From contig JBDTOB010000001.1 of assembly GCA_039933435.1 (NCBI GenBank), positions 1 through 41,624 of the forward strand: DNA of 41,624 nt, given 5' to 3'. A program made the position numbers and the translations under genes. Positions 40,656 through 41,624 of the stretch are shown here, piece by piece. Origin of the DNA: Acidobacteriota bacterium (GTDB lineage Bacteria; Acidobacteriota; Vicinamibacteria; Vicinamibacterales; 2-12-FULL-66-21). Each line of letters starts with the position of its first letter. The first letter of the stretch is position 1. The notes under the pieces are model-generated. The model was not told the DNA's origin, ran no database searches, and saw only the letters and a list, made by a program, of their open reading frames with translations.

Positions 40656-41534
40656 TCAGGCGTCGTCGTCGAGAAGTCCCCGCAGGTAGTGCCCGTACGG
40701 GCTGCCCTTCATCGCGCCAGAGAGGCGCTCGACATCCGCGGCAGTGATGTAGCGAAGCCGGTAGGCAATCTCCTCCGGACAGCCGATCATCTGGCCCTGC
40801 CGCTCCTCCACGGCCTGCACGAAGTTGGTCGCCTGGACGAGCGACTCGTGCGTCCCCGTATCCAGCCAGGCGACTCCTCTGGGCAGACGCTCGACGCACA
40901 ACCGCTGCCGCGTCAGGTAGACCCGATTGACGTCGGTGATCTCCAGCTCTCCGCGTGGGGACGGCCGGAGTCCTTCGGCGATGCTGACCACGTCGTTGTC
41001 GAAGAAATAAAGCCCGGTCACGGCGAAGGTGGATTTGGGATGGGACGGCTTCTCCTCCAGGCCGACCACGCGTCCCTCGGCGTCGAACTCGACCACACCG
41101 TAGCGCTCGGGGTCCCGCACCCGGTATCCGAAGACCGTTGCTCCGGTTTCGTGCGCGGCCGCTGCCCGAAGGTTGTCGGACAGGTGAGCCCCGTAGAAGA
41201 TGTTGTCGCCAAGCGCCAGCGAGACGCGGTCCGTGCCGATGAAGTCGCGGCCGATGAGGAAGGCCTGGGCGAGGCCGTCGGGCGACGGTTGCACGGCGTA
41301 GCGGATGCTCAATCCGAGATCGAGGCCATCGCCTAGCAGGCGCTTGAAGCCGTCCTGTTCATGCGGCGTGGTGATCACCAGAATTTCGCGGATCCCGGCC
41401 AGCATCAGCGTCGAGAGCGGATAATAAATGAGGGGTTTGTTGTAGATCGGAATCAGCTGCTTGCTGATCCCGCGAGTCACCGGATGGAGCCGCGAACCGG
41501 ATCCACCCGCCAGAATGATGCCTTTAAGGGACAC
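40656..41534 (-). CDS. rfbA: Glucose-1-phosphate thymidylyltransferase
   Basis: GTG 41534 is preceded by GGAGGA. Motifs: [98 protein letters not shown]. Confidence 0.95.
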   Translation of the reverse strand: MSLKGIILAGGSGSRLHPVTRGISKQLIPIYNKPLIYYPLSTLMLAGIREILVITTPHEQDGFKRLLGDGLDLGLSIRYAVQPSPDGLAQAFLIGRDFIGTDRVSLALGDNIFYGAHLSDNLRAAAAHETGATVFGYRVRDPERYGVVEFDAEGRVVGLEEKPSHPKSTFAVTGLYFFDNDVVSIAEGLRPSPRGELEITDVNRVYLTRQRLCVERLPRGVAWLDTGTHESLVQATNFVQAVEERQGQMIGCPEEIAYRLRYITAADVERLSGAMKGSPYGHYLRGLLDDDA

Positions 41535-41624
41535 GTCAGTCTCATTCCTCCGGGCGCACCTGCGAAGACTAGCGGGATTCGACGCCGGCAGGGGTGCTCG
41601 GCGCGCGCGAGAGGCGTTCCATGT

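Overview
GC-rich bacterial chromosomal segment (about two-thirds G+C by eye, not computed; taxon not assignable from sequence alone). Nearly all of it is one large ABC-transporter-dependent glycan biosynthesis locus (O-antigen, capsule or S-layer-glycan-like).

Gene order:
- 5'-partial WecA/MraY-type initiating transferase fused to a WbaP/CapD-type membrane plus Rossmann region
- GT4 and GT2 transferases joined by GTGA start/stop overlaps
- 340-bp leader
- wzm and wzt; Wzt carries a C-terminal SAM-methyltransferase domain
- 947-aa secreted multidomain protein
- IS630-family element
- small methyltransferase
- 2,472-aa giant: methyltransferase, 16-unit repeat array, GT-B region, two GT2 cassettes
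- TylF-like methyltransferase remnant split by an IS256-family element with a frameshifted transposase
- ~10.5-kb minus-strand operon: dual-GT2 enzyme, rfbF, lipoprotein, rfbG-like dehydratase, TylCIII/KijD1-type C-methyltransferase, RmlC-like epimerase, SDR reductase, LmbE-like protein, GT4 with coiled-coil tail, sugar O-methyltransferase-like protein
- divergent plus-strand GT2 mega-enzymes (1,334 and 720 aa)
- 907-aa FG-GAP secreted protein
- rmlA

No rRNA, tRNA or CRISPR array was seen.

Best candidates for undescribed biology:
1. The giant protein may be a single-polypeptide terminator-ruler-polymerase with a tandem-repeat spacer instead of a coiled coil.
2. The Wzt-methyltransferase fusion.
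3. A CDP-linked C-methyl-branched 6-deoxyhexose pathway.
4. A ~117-aa 'GWA...R(P)DV' module present seven times in three exported proteins that bracket and sit inside the locus.
5. Six copies of a GT2 A-B didomain cassette with reciprocal loss of the acidic motif.

Many long ORFs in the track are antisense or out-of-frame shadows typical of GC-rich DNA and were not called. All functional calls rest on motif recognition by eye; no database search was run.
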